Assembly (NCBI RefSeq): GCF_006345805.1
Contig: NC_043020.1
Span: forward strand, 992,001-1,056,000
DNA: 64,000 nucleotides
From: Octopus sinensis
Taxonomy: Eukaryota
Reading direction: 5' to 3'
The stretch's first letter is position 1, and every line of letters starts with the position of its first letter. Below are positions 1-11,850 of this stretch, in pieces. Made by a program: the position numbers and the translations under genes. The notes below the pieces were generated by a model. That model was given only the letters and a program-made list of their open reading frames with translations, did not search any database and had not been told where the DNA came from.

Positions 1-330
1 AAAAAGTATTTTGGAGGAGCTGGGAGGAAAGGAGAAAGAGTTAAACAGCCAGAGGGCATGGTTGGTGTCGTGGATGTTGGAGGGAAGAGACGCCACTAGG
101 GGGGGGGGCAAGGACACGGTCGAGGTATTTTGAAATGAGCTCCGTGGGGCAGTTGCAGGCGGAGACAATGGGGCGGCCAGGGTTGTTGGGTTTGTGGATT
201 TTGGGGAGGAAGTAAATGGTGGGGGTGCGTGGGGTTCGCACAATTAGGTTGCATGCGGTATGGGGGAGATGGGAGGACGAGATGAGGTCGTGGACAGTAG
301 AGGATACCGTCTGTTGGTAGCTACGTGTGG
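1..330 (-). mobile_element. Penelope-like element (Neptune-like family C), RT fragment
   Basis: [36 protein letters not shown] is the PLE RT motif 1-2 region; frameshifted. Confidence 0.88.
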
Positions 331-359
331 CGTTAGATGACTATATATATATATATATT

Positions 360-1140
360 TATCAGGTCGCCGGAACGAGTGTGTGTGGGCGTACCAGCGG
401 GTCTTAAAGCTGTTTGACGTCATTCCGATGTAAGATTTTCTTTTATCATCGGGGCCTGATCGTACCGCGCATGTATAGACAAGGTCCCTCTGTAGGCAGT
501 TGTTGAGGGGGCAAGTGGTTTTATCAGGGCAGTTGCAATTGCTGTTGGATGGGCCTCGGAAAAAGTAGATATATTAAGTTTTTTCACGTTGTTGTTGGCT
601 AGGTTCCTGGCTAGATTGGGCATGGTAGAGTAGGAGAGTCTAATGGTGTTCTTATTTAGGATAGTGTAGTACTTATGTTGGGTGGGGAAGTGTTTCTGTA
701 GGAGAGTGAAGAAGATTTTAGCTACAGGTGTAGCGACCTCACGGTTGAAGGGGGGGTTGTACCAGCTAATGTGTCTTTGCCTATTTTTCCTGGGTTGGCG
801 TGGGGCTATACTAGTATAGGTGATCTTATCTTTAAAGCCACTGCGGGCCAGGGCCTCGTAATAGGGGGCTGCTGCATTAAAGATATCTTCAGTAGCGGAC
901 AGGCTAGATATTCTAATTGAGACACTTTTTACTAGGTTGTCTAATATATTTTTGGGGTGGTTGGAATTAATGTCTATATATCTAAGGGATTCATTTGGTT
1001 TGTGGTACGGGTAATAAAGTGGGGTTTTTAAGTCGAGGGTAACGTCAAGGAAGTTAGCTTTGGTTAAGTTGGATTCTAAGGTAATCCTAAGGCCTAAGTT
1101 TTTAAAAAAAGTGTAAAGATTTGTAAAAAATGCCACCATA
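360..1140 (-). mobile_element. Penelope-like element family B, thumb to GIY-YIG fragment
   Basis: NFLDVTLDL, WYNPPFN, SYSTMPN, then SYIGMTSNSFKTRWYAH in an adjacent frame; paralogous to 12380-13750 and 19685-22790. Confidence 0.85.
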
Positions 1141-1149
1141 TTAGATAAA

Positions 1150-2070
1150 TTTTAATTTTACATGTTTCAGTTCTTGAAATAACGAACCTTATCAAAAAAA
1201 TTTATAATAAAGAGTATAATGGAACAGTTCATAATTGTTACATACATTCAATAGAGTCCATGCTATATACATTCAATAGAATCCATGTTCTTGAAAAGGC
1301 GAAAAATATATAATAGAAAAAATCCATAGTCGTTCCTTACTGTTTTGTCAAGTGTTGTGCAGGAGTTCGTTATAGATTTTACCTTGTGTTCCAATGGGAG
1401 CAACAGTAGTGATTCTTGGTCGTCGTAATTTTGGTAAACTTGGTGATGGTTGGGTTTATATCAGCTAAGCTGTGGCTGTGAAAGCAGTAGTGGTCGTGGT
1501 CTCTGGCACTGTTCACTGACATCATATAACTCCAAACCAATCAAAACCAAGCTTCAACGAATATAAGGAAAAGACCCCCAACTGTATCCTGTTTAGGAAA
1601 CCAACCTAGCAGAACGACTAGTTTGACCACGGAAGAAAAACGTCATCAATTTTTTAACGAATCAAAATCAGACCTGACCCATAACTGTATTTTGTAAGGA
1701 AACCAACCAAGCAGGGCGACAAGCTTGACCACTGAGGTAAAACGTCAATTTTCTGACGAATCAAAATCAGATCTGCTCGCAGAGAAAAAAATCTTTTTAT
1801 AAATTTTTCCTTCCCTAAGACACCACTGCCAGCGGGAATGACTGTTTAAGGATCTGAGAAATTGTAATTGCCCCCACCTCCACTATTTTAATTCTCTCAC
1901 TGTGGCCGTAGTAGTAGTAGTGCTAGTGGGAGCAGTCGTAGTGGTTGTGGTAGAGTTTCGTTTTTCTTTTTCGGAAGACCAATGTTTTGTTTTAATATTC
2001 CTGGCCCAGGGTGTTCAAACTTGGTTTGAATTTTTTGATGAAATATAGTTCTTTATTTTGGCGTTACGCA
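1150..2070 (-). mobile_element. Penelope-like family A, 3' end of ORF plus pseudo-LTR
   Basis: The reverse complement matches 6215-6300 (ORF end), the CCAAT/TGACG repeat block and the hammerhead of the 4625-7210 copy. Confidence 0.82.
1155..1200 (-). ncRNA. Minimal hammerhead ribozyme motif, U3:A8 variant
   Basis: UUGAUAA-GGUUC-loop-GAAC-U-GAAAC-AUGUA; palindromic ACAUGU stem III; GUA cleavage triplet; stem I weak. Confidence 0.62.
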
Positions 2071-2089
2071 TATATATGTGAAAGAATGG

Positions 2090-3245
2090 AACCTTAACCA
2101 ATACCGCAAATGGAGTTGTTCGACATTAACGCATCCCTTAAGGACATACCAATGCCACCAAAAGAAGCCTTCCTTAAGGAAATTGTTAACAAAACAAATG
2201 CATTTATCAACCGCATCAGATGGCTCGCCTTCTTCCACGATAATGAGGACATGAAACGGAACAGTATCGACGCCTCTTTCGAATATAAAAAGTTATTTAG
2301 GTCGAGGGGAACCCCTCCACCTAATCCCAGACTGAAGAATTTGAAGATGATCTGTGGGACATCGTAAGGGACATTAAATTCCGTAAATCGCCCCTTAGGA
2401 ATAAACACCTCAAATACCTCGATAAAGTCACCAAAGATATAAACAGATTAGACGCTATCCTGGTCCAACTGGATAAAACCGGGAACATGTATAAGCTTGC
2501 AAAGAACCAGTATTTAGAAATGCTCAAGAAAGAAATACACAAGAATTACAGGACAACAAATAGGAATACACTCAGACAAGCCAACTTAGAAATTAAGAAA
2601 ATCATGGAAACGTATAGATTACAAATGAAAACACAACCGCTGAACCCCAGACAACCAAGATTCATCGTTAAGGACCATAAACCAAACTTTCATACCAACC
2701 CGGCATTAAGGCTCATATGCCCCTCTAGTTCTGACATCGGTACCCTTAGTAAGTACATTTTAGATAAATACATACCTATATTAATAAATAAGTTAAAACT
2801 CAGCTTATGGTCTAACTCCACTCAAGTCGTAGAGTGGTTTACTTCTATTACTAATAAGGACAACACAAAATTCATTCAATTCGATATATCTAGTTTCTAC
2901 CCTTTGATCAACCCTAGTGTACTCAATATGGCCCTATGGCATGCACATAATAAGGCAGGCCTCTCCAGGGAGGAAATTAATGTGATTTTAGCGGCTAGAA
3001 AATCTTTCATACAGTTCGATAAGTTGTGGGTCCGCAGAGATACCCCCAACGAGTTCGATGTGCTAATGGGAAGTACAGATAGCGCCCAGATAGCCAATTT
3101 GGTCTGAATCTATATTATCTATGAAATGGCTGACCAATTCCCGGACATCTGCGGCGGTCTGTATCGAGACGATTGTCTACTTTAGCTACAGAATGCTCCG
3201 AACAATATGATACAGAAGACTAAAAACAGATTAGCTAGTTTTTTT
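2090..3245 (+). mobile_element. Penelope-like family B, N-terminus to RT (pseudogenised)
   Basis: RIRWLAFF, VKDHKPNF..LRLICP.SDIG, QFDISSFYP, GGLYRDD; frameshift and an internal stop. Confidence 0.88.
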
Positions 3246-3264
3246 TTAGCAGAATGGGCTTGAG

Positions 3265-3550
3265 CATTGATATATAAAAATGTAATATACAAATAAACAT
3301 CTGTAAATATAAACCATCCGATCTTCTGAGTACCTCATTTCTTCTAATATATAAATATCCAACCAGCGAACTGTACGTATCAGACATTCTTTTACGTGTA
3401 CTTCGTCTGGTCTCATATACTGCATTAAATGCAACCTCTGTGGAATGCTGTATATAGGACAGACGAGACGCCGGTTTTCAGACCAATTCGCCGAACAGCT
3501 AAGGGATTTTCGTCTACGGTCCAATTCTTCCGTCACACGTCACTTCCGTA
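3265..3550 (+). mobile_element. PLE family C GIY-YIG endonuclease fragment, copy 1
   Basis: TSSGLIYCIKCNLCGMLYIGQTRRRFSDQFAE; near-identical to 4090-4370. Confidence 0.85.
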
Positions 3551-4089
3551 TCCTTTCCGTTTGATAGGGGCAGAAAATTTGGTGACGTCTGTAATTCCGA
3601 ACTTTTCCATATATTGTTCGACAAATTCCCTTTAGTAAATACAATGGTTGAAAAATCCTATAGGTGCATGCACTGGCAGAAACACACCTTTCACTCATAT
3701 GAATGATATAATTTATGGTCGACCTCCCCGCCACCACACACTCAGTGACACTGAAATGGTCAAAACTGAAATTCTTTTTTCCCAAGATCTTGTAACCCCC
3801 TTGGAGTCAATATTCTGCCCAGCAGACCAAAAATAATTCTTTTCTTCTTCCCTCTCCCTTCCCCTCTTTTTCTTTAGCACTCATCCCAAATACAAAAACA
3901 CACACACACACGTTCTCTCTCTCTCTCACTTTCTCCTCATCCATCACCCTCTTGTACTGTCATATTCCTCCCCACCACTACAAACTCAATACCACTATAA
4001 AATGGTCAAAACTCCTCACACAGGAACTTAGTTTGATTTGAAAACGCCACTAGAATGGAAGAAAGCGCTAATACATGATCTAAGTTATA

Positions 4090-4520
4090 TGATATATAAA
4101 AATGTAATATACAAATAAATATCTGTAAATATAAACCATCCGATCTTCTGAGTACCTCATTTCTTCTAATATATAAATATCCAACCAGCGAACTGTACGT
4201 ATCAGACATTCTTTTATGTGTACTTCGTCTGGTCTCATATACTGCGTTAAATGCAACCTCTGCGGAATGCTGTATATAGGACAGACAAGACGCCGGTTCT
4301 CAGACTGATTCGCCGAACATCTAAGGGATTTTCGTCTGCGGTCCAATTCTCCCGTCACTTCCGCTCGGCCAGCCATTCCCCCGATGACATCTCTGTGTTT
4401 GATATCGCCCCACAACGGTTCTCCACAATCCAGGCTTCACTTGGAGCAACGTTTCATTTCCACTCTACAGACCAATACCCCACACGGACTCAACACAGCC
4501 CCCTCCTCTTAGTGACTGCG
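4090..4520 (+). mobile_element. PLE family C GIY-YIG endonuclease fragment, copy 2
   Basis: Same sequence as 3265-3550, continuing to RHFRSASHS and the ORF end. Confidence 0.85.
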
Positions 4521-6449
4521 CTCCACCTCTCCCCACTAGCAACTTTTTTTTTTTTATATTTTGTCCTTATACAGTTACACACACACACTCGCGTATCCAC
4601 AAACACACCTACACATATATATATATCCCTAAGGTACACAAAAGCCAAACCATTAGAGAAACGTGCAAAACATCCACCGACACACTCATCAAAATCCCTT
4701 CACCAAATGATCTTAAACTAAGACCGATAATAGCAGGGCCAGCATGTGAAACTCACCGCCTCAGCAATTTCTTAGACACACTTCTTAAACCTTTCCTAAA
4801 ACACATCAAAAGCTACGTAAGAGACCATATAGATATGCTCAACCACCTCCCTAAAACAGTCAATGAGAAAACCCTTCTAGTATCATTCGACGTAGTTAAT
4901 CTTTATTCTAACATCCCTCACAACCTAGGAATAGAAGCGATCACCTTCTGGCTGAATAACTACCCCTTTGAACTCCCAACTCGCATAAACAAAGACCTTA
5001 TAATAGAAGGACTTAGATTCATTTTAGAGAACAATTATTTTATTTTTGACAATGATTTCTACAGGCAAAGATCGGGAACAGCGATGGGCACGCGTACTGC
5101 ACCATCTTTTGCCAACCTAGTGATGGGATACCTCGAGAAAATACTATACCGGATGACACTCGAGAAATATGGAAACACCTTCGCCACCTATATCTATAAC
5201 AACTGGAAAAGATACCTCGATGACTGTTTCATCATCTGGGACAAAGGTATAGAGAAACTTGAGGAATTTAAAATACTATTAAATGGAATAAATGACAATA
5301 TACAATTCACGATGGACCACAACGAAAAAGAATTACCATTTTTAGACATCCTCATTAAGAAAACCGGCAACAAAATAGAGACAGATATCTACTATAAACC
5401 GACAGACTCTAAACAGTACCTACCCTTTGATTCATGCCACCCACGACACACTAGAATGAATGTCCCTTCTTGTTTAGCTAGAAGGATTTGCACCATAATA
5501 TCAGACACAAACACCCGACACACATGTCTCCAGGAACTTAGAACCACACTCACAAATAGAAACTATCCACAGCCCCTAATAGACAGTGCAATCCAACGGG
5601 TACTTAAATTAAGTATAGAAGACCTGAGACAAACAAAACCAAAAAAGAAAGAACAATTAAAAACCCTTCCCTACATCTCTACACACAATCCACTCAACAA
5701 TGAGGCCTTCAACACCATACTACAAAGCACAGCCCTACTAAAGGGAGACCCAAAGATGAACCGGATCCTCGAAACACACACCATCATTAAAAGTAAACGG
5801 CAACCAAAATCCTTGAAAAGGATTTTAACCCAAGCTACACTGCACTCAACATCAACCACAAAACCAGCAGTTAGAAAATGTGGAAGGCCCAACTGCGGAA
5901 TCTGTGTCATCTTGAAAGAAGGATCAGAATTTATACTGGAACAAGGCCACCAGTTCACCATTAGAACAAACTTCACCTGCGCATCAGAAAACTTAATTTA
6001 CGTCATAACATGCGCAGGCTGCAATAGGCAGTATATAGGCCATACAAAAAATAGCTTACGTAACAGGATGGCGGTGCATAAATCACAAATTAGAAACCCT
6101 GATTACCGCAAAATACCGGTCAGCGGACACATAGATAGATGTGCTGGAAATGTAAATCCGAAATTTACAACTACCCGCTCTATAAATTCAGTGACAACGC
6201 AACCTTCACACAACGCCAAAATAAAGAACTATATTTCATAAAAAAATTTAGACCAAGTTTAAACACCCTGGGCCAAGAATACTAAAACAAAAGATAAGTC
6301 CTCCGAAAAGGAGAAGCAAAATTCCACCACGGCCGCTACTTTAAACAGACACTCGCTCTGACGGAAATATGCCTTAGTAAAAAAGGAAAAAAATTCTTTC
6401 GTGCAAATCTGACCCTGATACATACGATACAGCTAAGGGTCAGACCCGA

Positions 6450-6825
6450 TTCTGATTGGTCAACAAGTTGATGACGTCTAGCTCTGCTAGAATGGACAGG
6501 ATACAAACAGGGGACAGTCATTAGTCAGAATATTGATGACGTCCTTTTCTGCTTGACTAGTCACCTAACAAGTACAGACAGGGGGCAGATCTAATGTAGC
6601 TATAAGTCATGATTGGGCAGAATCTGGATGACGTCCCGTTCTGCTTGACTAACGAAGCGACTGGTCAAAACAGGAAACAACAAGAGGCAGTTATAATGCA
6701 GCGATTGGTCAAAATAATGATGACGTCCCGTTCTGCTTGACTAAAGCCACCTAACGAAACGATTGGTCAAAACGTTGATGACGTCACGCTACGCTGGATT
6801 GACCACCTAACAGGCATTATAAAAC
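6450..6825 (+). promoter_or_regulatory. Tandem ATTGG (CCAAT) plus TGACGTC (CRE-like) array and TATAAAA in the PLE pseudo-LTR
   Basis: Five paired motifs near 6454, 6519, 6611, 6703 and 6761; TATAAAA at 6818. Confidence 0.6.
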
Positions 6826-7135
6826 CGAGCACTTCACAAAATCCACTAGAACCACCCAGCGAACATCCACCATGGGTCATCACAATTGCTTAAGGTAAAA
6901 ATGAATTCCTCACTCTTTCGGAAACAATCTTCTGTATTGACCGCTTTCCACCACTTTGATCTGTTTTTTGTATTGAATACGTATCGCCACCATGGGCCAC
7001 TGCATCGAACACTTTGAACATATACTTCAAACTATATATCAACTATACATCAACTCTAAGATGTCTGACTCCGTTGTGTATTATAAATGAATTTCTTGTG
7101 TTTGACGGCATGAGCTGTCTTTTTTTATATATAAC

Positions 7136-7190
7136 TTTTTTTGATAAGGTTCATTTCAGGAACTGAAACATGTTATAATGTATATATAAA
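7136..7190 (+). ncRNA. Hammerhead ribozyme motif, U3:A8 variant
   Basis: UUGAUAA-G-GUUC-AUUUCAG-GAAC-U-GAAA-CAU...AUGUA; same core as 1155-1200. Confidence 0.6.
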
Positions 7191-7299
7191 AATTAAAAAT
7201 TGTATAATACAGCAGCATTTTCGAACTTCATTTTTTACAAATATATATATATATATGTATATTAGTGGCAATCAGCCGAACATCATCATCACTGCCGCG

Positions 7300-8310
7300 C
7301 AAAAGAACAATGGATTTCATAGAACCATTGACCAAATAGAACGAAAAAAAAAAAGGTGAATTTATCCGGTCTTACATGCCTATAAGACCACACATCAAAA
7401 CATTGGATAACATAATTGAAAATTATTGTGGCAAGGTTGATGAGGATGAAGAGGACAAAAAACAGAAGGAACCCAGAAGTCTCTGTGATCCAGAGATTCC
7501 TCAGGAAAATGGATCCCCTACCCCAGTGAACGACCAGGTAGTGAAGGATAGGGGAGCCAAGGGAGCAGAAACCGGAAGCCCCCTGTACCAGTGGTCCTAC
7601 AAAGAAATGAGAAATTAGAAAAACAGAAGAAAAAAGGAAGGACCGAAAACAAAAATAAGGAGGGAAAGGCAAAACAACCAAAGCTGAAACCCCGACCCCC
7701 GACACAAACAGCAGAGAACCCCCTGGAGGATCCAATGCCACTCAGTACACTTCAGGAAAAAAGAAATCTTGGAAGGCACCGAAGAACCTGTAAATTCTAC
7801 CAGCGGGGCAAATGTTGGCATGGTGAGGACGGCAAAAACTGCCGGTTCGCCCACCCGACACCCCGCCAGAACTTCAGGGGACTCAAAGAGAAAAGCTTTA
7901 CCGAGGGAACACAAGAAATGTCTCCCAGGAAAACTTTCAGAAAAGAAGTGTGCTCCTCAGATGTTCTGCGCAACGCAGCAGCTGAGCAAGAGTCTTTTTG
8001 TGCATGGCGCAAAGGATTGTCCGGCAGCTAACCTGGCTACACAAAGCACAGAGAAGGAACCCTGCCCACCACTATGCAAGACCACCACAATCAACAGACA
8101 CGGGATGGCCTCCCCTAATGCCTGCACAGCCGTCACCCCAATACTTTTACTAAACATTGGGGGCCTGTTGCATCAAAATAGAAACAAAATTTCTTTCCGA
8201 AGAGATCTTACTGCATGCAATCAAGCCCTTAGCATAGCACTCGTGGAAACTCACCTCAGCCCTGATATAGAGGACGCAGAAGTACACATACCAAACTATG
8301 CCATAGTATT
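7300..8310 (+). mobile_element. LINE fragment: ORF1 with CCCH finger plus start of the APE endonuclease
   Basis: CKFYQRGKCWHGEDGKNCRFAHP; ILLLNIGGL...IALVETHLSPDIEDAEVHIPNY; frameshifted and truncated. Confidence 0.78.
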
Positions 8311-8479
8311 TTTTAAAAATGAATCAGCCGCATAGGAAATGCCCCTGCTTAATTCAAATCAAAAATATAGAAATTTTGTTATAATGATTTGACTGAAAAT
8401 TACAAGAATTGGTGTCTGACTGACTTTAAGATTTTATTGTTCAATTGCTACTATTCGTTACTCTCGTTGCTGTTATGCC

Positions 8480-9180
8480 GTAAAGGAAAAGAACAGTTTT
8501 GACATTAACAAAGATGCAGCTCCAAAATAAAAGGCGGCTTAGAGATGAATCTTCCCTTCAAAGACAGTCGCAGATTGCAGGGTGCTCTGCTGAAGTGAGG
8601 GCTGTGGCCATCGATGAGGGTGGTTTGAATAAAACAGATAGTAACGATTTCAATGCACTTGCACATGCATTTGAAAGTTCTACCGATGTTTTACTTCCAG
8701 ACATCGGTAATACTCCTTCCAGTTCACGTGCGTGTAGTGTTGTGAGTGAACAAGAACAGAAACAAAGGGCTTGCAAAGAAAGCCAAGGCCAAAGCTGCAG
8801 AGAGTGAAGTTGCGCACTCAGTTTGACAAAAGAAAGATGCAGTGTCCAAAGCGGCTGCTCGGGCTTCAGAAAGTGAAATGCAGCGTTGTAATCGACTAAG
8901 AAGAAAACCTACAGTCAACGCAAATTCAAGAGCCTCAGAAAATGATGCCCAGCGTCAGCTTCGACTGAATAGAAACGCTGGAACAACTGCAAATTCAAGA
9001 GCTTCAGAAAATGATGCCCAGCGTCAGCTTCGACTGAATAGAAACGCTGGAACAACTGCAAATTCAAGAGCTTCAGAAAATGATGCCCAGCGTCAGCTTC
9101 GACTGAATAGAAACGCTGGAACAACTGCAAATTCAAGAGCTTCAGAGACAACAGATGAGCGCCTCAATAGACTGGGAGAA
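8480..9180 (+). mobile_element. Probable Helitron Rep/Hel N-terminal fragment
   Basis: RASE-x3-QR-x2-RL repeats typical of Helitron N-termini; no Rep or helicase domain present. Confidence 0.6.
8920..9147 (+). repeat. 69-bp coding tandem repeat, about 3.3 copies (ANSRASENDAQRQLRLNRNAGTT)
   Basis: Units start at 8920, 8989, 9058 and 9127; nearly identical. Confidence 0.95.
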
Positions 9181-9201
9181 GTTATTCAGTATAAAAGCAG
9201 A

Positions 9202-11850
9202 TCTGTCTTCTTGACATATTAGTAATCATATACTCGCATTCTGACCTACTTGTTCTTCACTTGTCACCATGACGCACTGACCATCGGACTACCCAACTGC
9301 TGACTTTTTTCATCGTCGTTCGACAGCCAGTGACTGCAGAAACCCAACAGGTAGGCAGCACTGTACAACTGCCACCCCCACCTGTGCGAGGAGCCAAAAT
9401 AATGGCAAACTCAGAAAGAGAAATAGCAGAAACTGAAATCCGTGAGCCGAAACCATCGTCAGACTTGGAGTCGGACACGGACAAAAGGAAACCAGTAGCA
9501 AGAAGAATTATAGCGGCACCAAGCCTCGAGGCCGGTGCCGTGAAAGAAACACTGAACTTCGCAGCAGCGGCTGGAGAGAAAAAGACAGAGATATGCCTAG
9601 AAAATTTAGACGCTTTAGAGCAAGGTCCGGATCAGAGACCAAAATGATACAACCCAGGGAGACACAGGAGGACGTCGAACGAAGAACAGTAATCTTTAAG
9701 ACATACAATGTCAAAGAGAGAAAAATTGGGTTCTCCACTGAAAACCAAGTAGAGAAGTGCCTCGGTCCTGTATGGGACAAAATAAAATTTATTTCCAGAG
9801 GGAAAAAATTTGCCACGGTCAAAGTGAGGTTCGGCACAGTGGAGGAAGCTAGACTCCACTCAGTGGAACCTCTGAAGTCGGATGAAGTTTTCCTCCTGCC
9901 TATATATATGGGCAGAAGTACCACAAAAGTAACAATCACAAGGATCCTTCCCGAAATAGAGCCCGAGAGACTGGTGGCGGTGGTGGAAGAAGCAAAATTC
10001 TGGGTCGGCCAGAAAGTAACTATCACACTGCAGGCCGAACCAGCCACCTTAGATGAGTTCACCGAGGTGATAGATATCAGCGACAACCGCCTGCCAGTCA
10101 TGGTGGAAGGTTGCCAACCCAGGTGTTTCCTATGCGGAAAAAAGGGACACATCAGGAAAAACTGCGAACCGGCTGGAATAGGCAGAACAGCAAAGCCCTC
10201 AACCTCTGCTACTCTAGCAACAGTAGAACTAGCAACATCAACACCAGAGGAGAAAGATGGGGAGGGATGGACAGCCGCTGCTTCAAAAAGAAAGCACAGA
10301 AATCCATCCCTGGAAAAAGGAAAAGCCGAAGGAAGAAAACGGGACATTAAAAAGGCAAAAAAGCCGGAGAACAGCAACAACGCTTTCGTCGCGATCCGGA
10401 TGGTTGACAGTGAGGTGATGCGACGCGTAGAAACACAGCACCTACAAGAAATAGAGGTGAAAGACCAGCTAAAGAAGGATCTAATAAAGATCTATAAAAT
10501 AAATCACAAAGCCTATAATGTGCTGGCGAACGATTTCAGGAAGGATGTGGGCCCTCTGTGGATGGAGGTCTCGAACCGCCTGTACGAGGGCCTGATCCAG
10601 CCGAACCCACAAGGCCCGGTCGAAGAGGAAACGGTTACCCCCCGCCCGGACTCAGAAGGAGCAAGGTAAGTGATTTATGGCTGTTCAAGTAGGTTGTATA
10701 AATGTACGTGGCCTGATGACGAACTGGAAACAGGGGCGTTTCCTGAATGACATCAGGTCACACAATTTAGATATTGTTGTAGCTACTGAAACTCGGTTGA
10801 AAGGGCCAAGAGATCTACTGGAAGGTGAACGGGTGTGGTCCCCGCTCGCAAAACGGACGTTCCCCAGCTTTGCCAGTTTTGGTGGTAGAGGAACCTGGTT
10901 TCGTCGCAGACTAAGATCAAGTATGTGGTATTCGGAGTGCCGGAAGGCTCTCGTACGCTTCCGCAACTCGGGCAATGCCGGTGGCTTTGGTACAACCGCA
11001 GCGTTCTATAGCAGGTTGGTAGAGGCCGGAAATGACGATACCCTGGAAAGGACCCTGGGTCTCGATGGTAATCAGTTAGACAGCCTGTTCCAAAGGACAT
11101 TCAGACCAGGGATGCTGGATAACTTTCAGAAGTCCCTGGCCTGGCAGTGTTACAGAAGAGCCTTACCCGTTCGAGATAAACTCACAAGACATGGTCACTG
11201 GACCTTCGGTCTGTCCAAGATGCGGAAAGGATGTGGAAACAGTCCTGCACGCCATTGTTAAATGTCTGGAGATTTCGGAAGTATGGGTTTATGCCGAACA
11301 CCTGTTGTCGGACGAGGGAAGAGTACAGCTGTCGTCTGAGTCAATCTTTAAAATTGACCCGCCTGGTTTCATGACGAACGAAGGTAAGCATTGCTTTCTC
11401 GTGATAGTAGCAGTTGCGAAAGAGGTTATATGGAAGACTAGAGTGAAAGACTTAATGTCAGACGCCATGATCTCTGGCACCGCCCTAACGAACTTCTTCA
11501 GGTTCCATCTGAAGAGGAAGGTGGAGCTAGAGAAAAGGTGTCTGACAAAGTCTATATTCAAAAAAAGATGGATGCATGTAGCACGGATGCTGGGTGTGAA
11601 AGGCCTGCATGAACACGCCATGATCACCTACCAAAAGTTTCAGCTGAAATGACAGGGTTCTTGGGGTCGGCTACCCTGTTCTTTTAACTTCATTTGTCCC
11701 TTACTGTTGTTTGTTCTTATTTGATTTCATTTTCATTATAACTCCCTTGTAAATAACCCATCCGATTTCATTGTAAAAAGTTCCATGTTTTGACCCCAAA
11801 TCATTGTATTGTCCCCATCTGTGTTAATCCTTATGGATAATAAAGAAATA
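9202..11850 (+). mobile_element. Tx1/L1-clade element with ORF1 (CCHC) and an ORF2 lacking the RT; 16-bp TSD
   Basis: CFLCGKKGHIRKNC; ORF2 start GCINVRGL..VVATETRL fused to the C-terminal region with CPRCGKDVETVLHAIVKC; 3' tail AATAAAGAAATA; TCAGTATAAAAGCAGA at 9186-9201 and 11851-11866. Confidence 0.88.

Larger units (their letters stand above)
4625..7210 (+). mobile_element. 5'-truncated Neptune-like Penelope element (family A): RT, Cys linker, GIY-YIG, pseudo-LTR
   Basis: PKVHK..LRPIIAG, SFDVVNLYSNIP, GTAMG, RYLDD, KCGRPNCGIC, LIYVITC..YIGHT; starts after a CA/TA microsatellite; the most intact TE ORF in the window. Confidence 0.93.

Noticed and set aside
3105-3107. In-frame TGA in a Penelope RT as possible selenocysteine (as in some Naiad elements)
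   Set aside because: The position is Gly in paralogous copies (GGA to TGA), the copy has other lesions, and no SECIS was recognised.
4625-7210. Active autonomous Penelope element
   Set aside because: 5'-truncated (N-terminal domain missing) and frameshifted near the end of the endonuclease. No intact autonomous element was found in the window.
9508-10380. 290-aa minus-strand ORF, and many similar antisense ORFs across 2-38 kb
   Set aside because: Shadows of + strand TE ORFs with no independent motifs.
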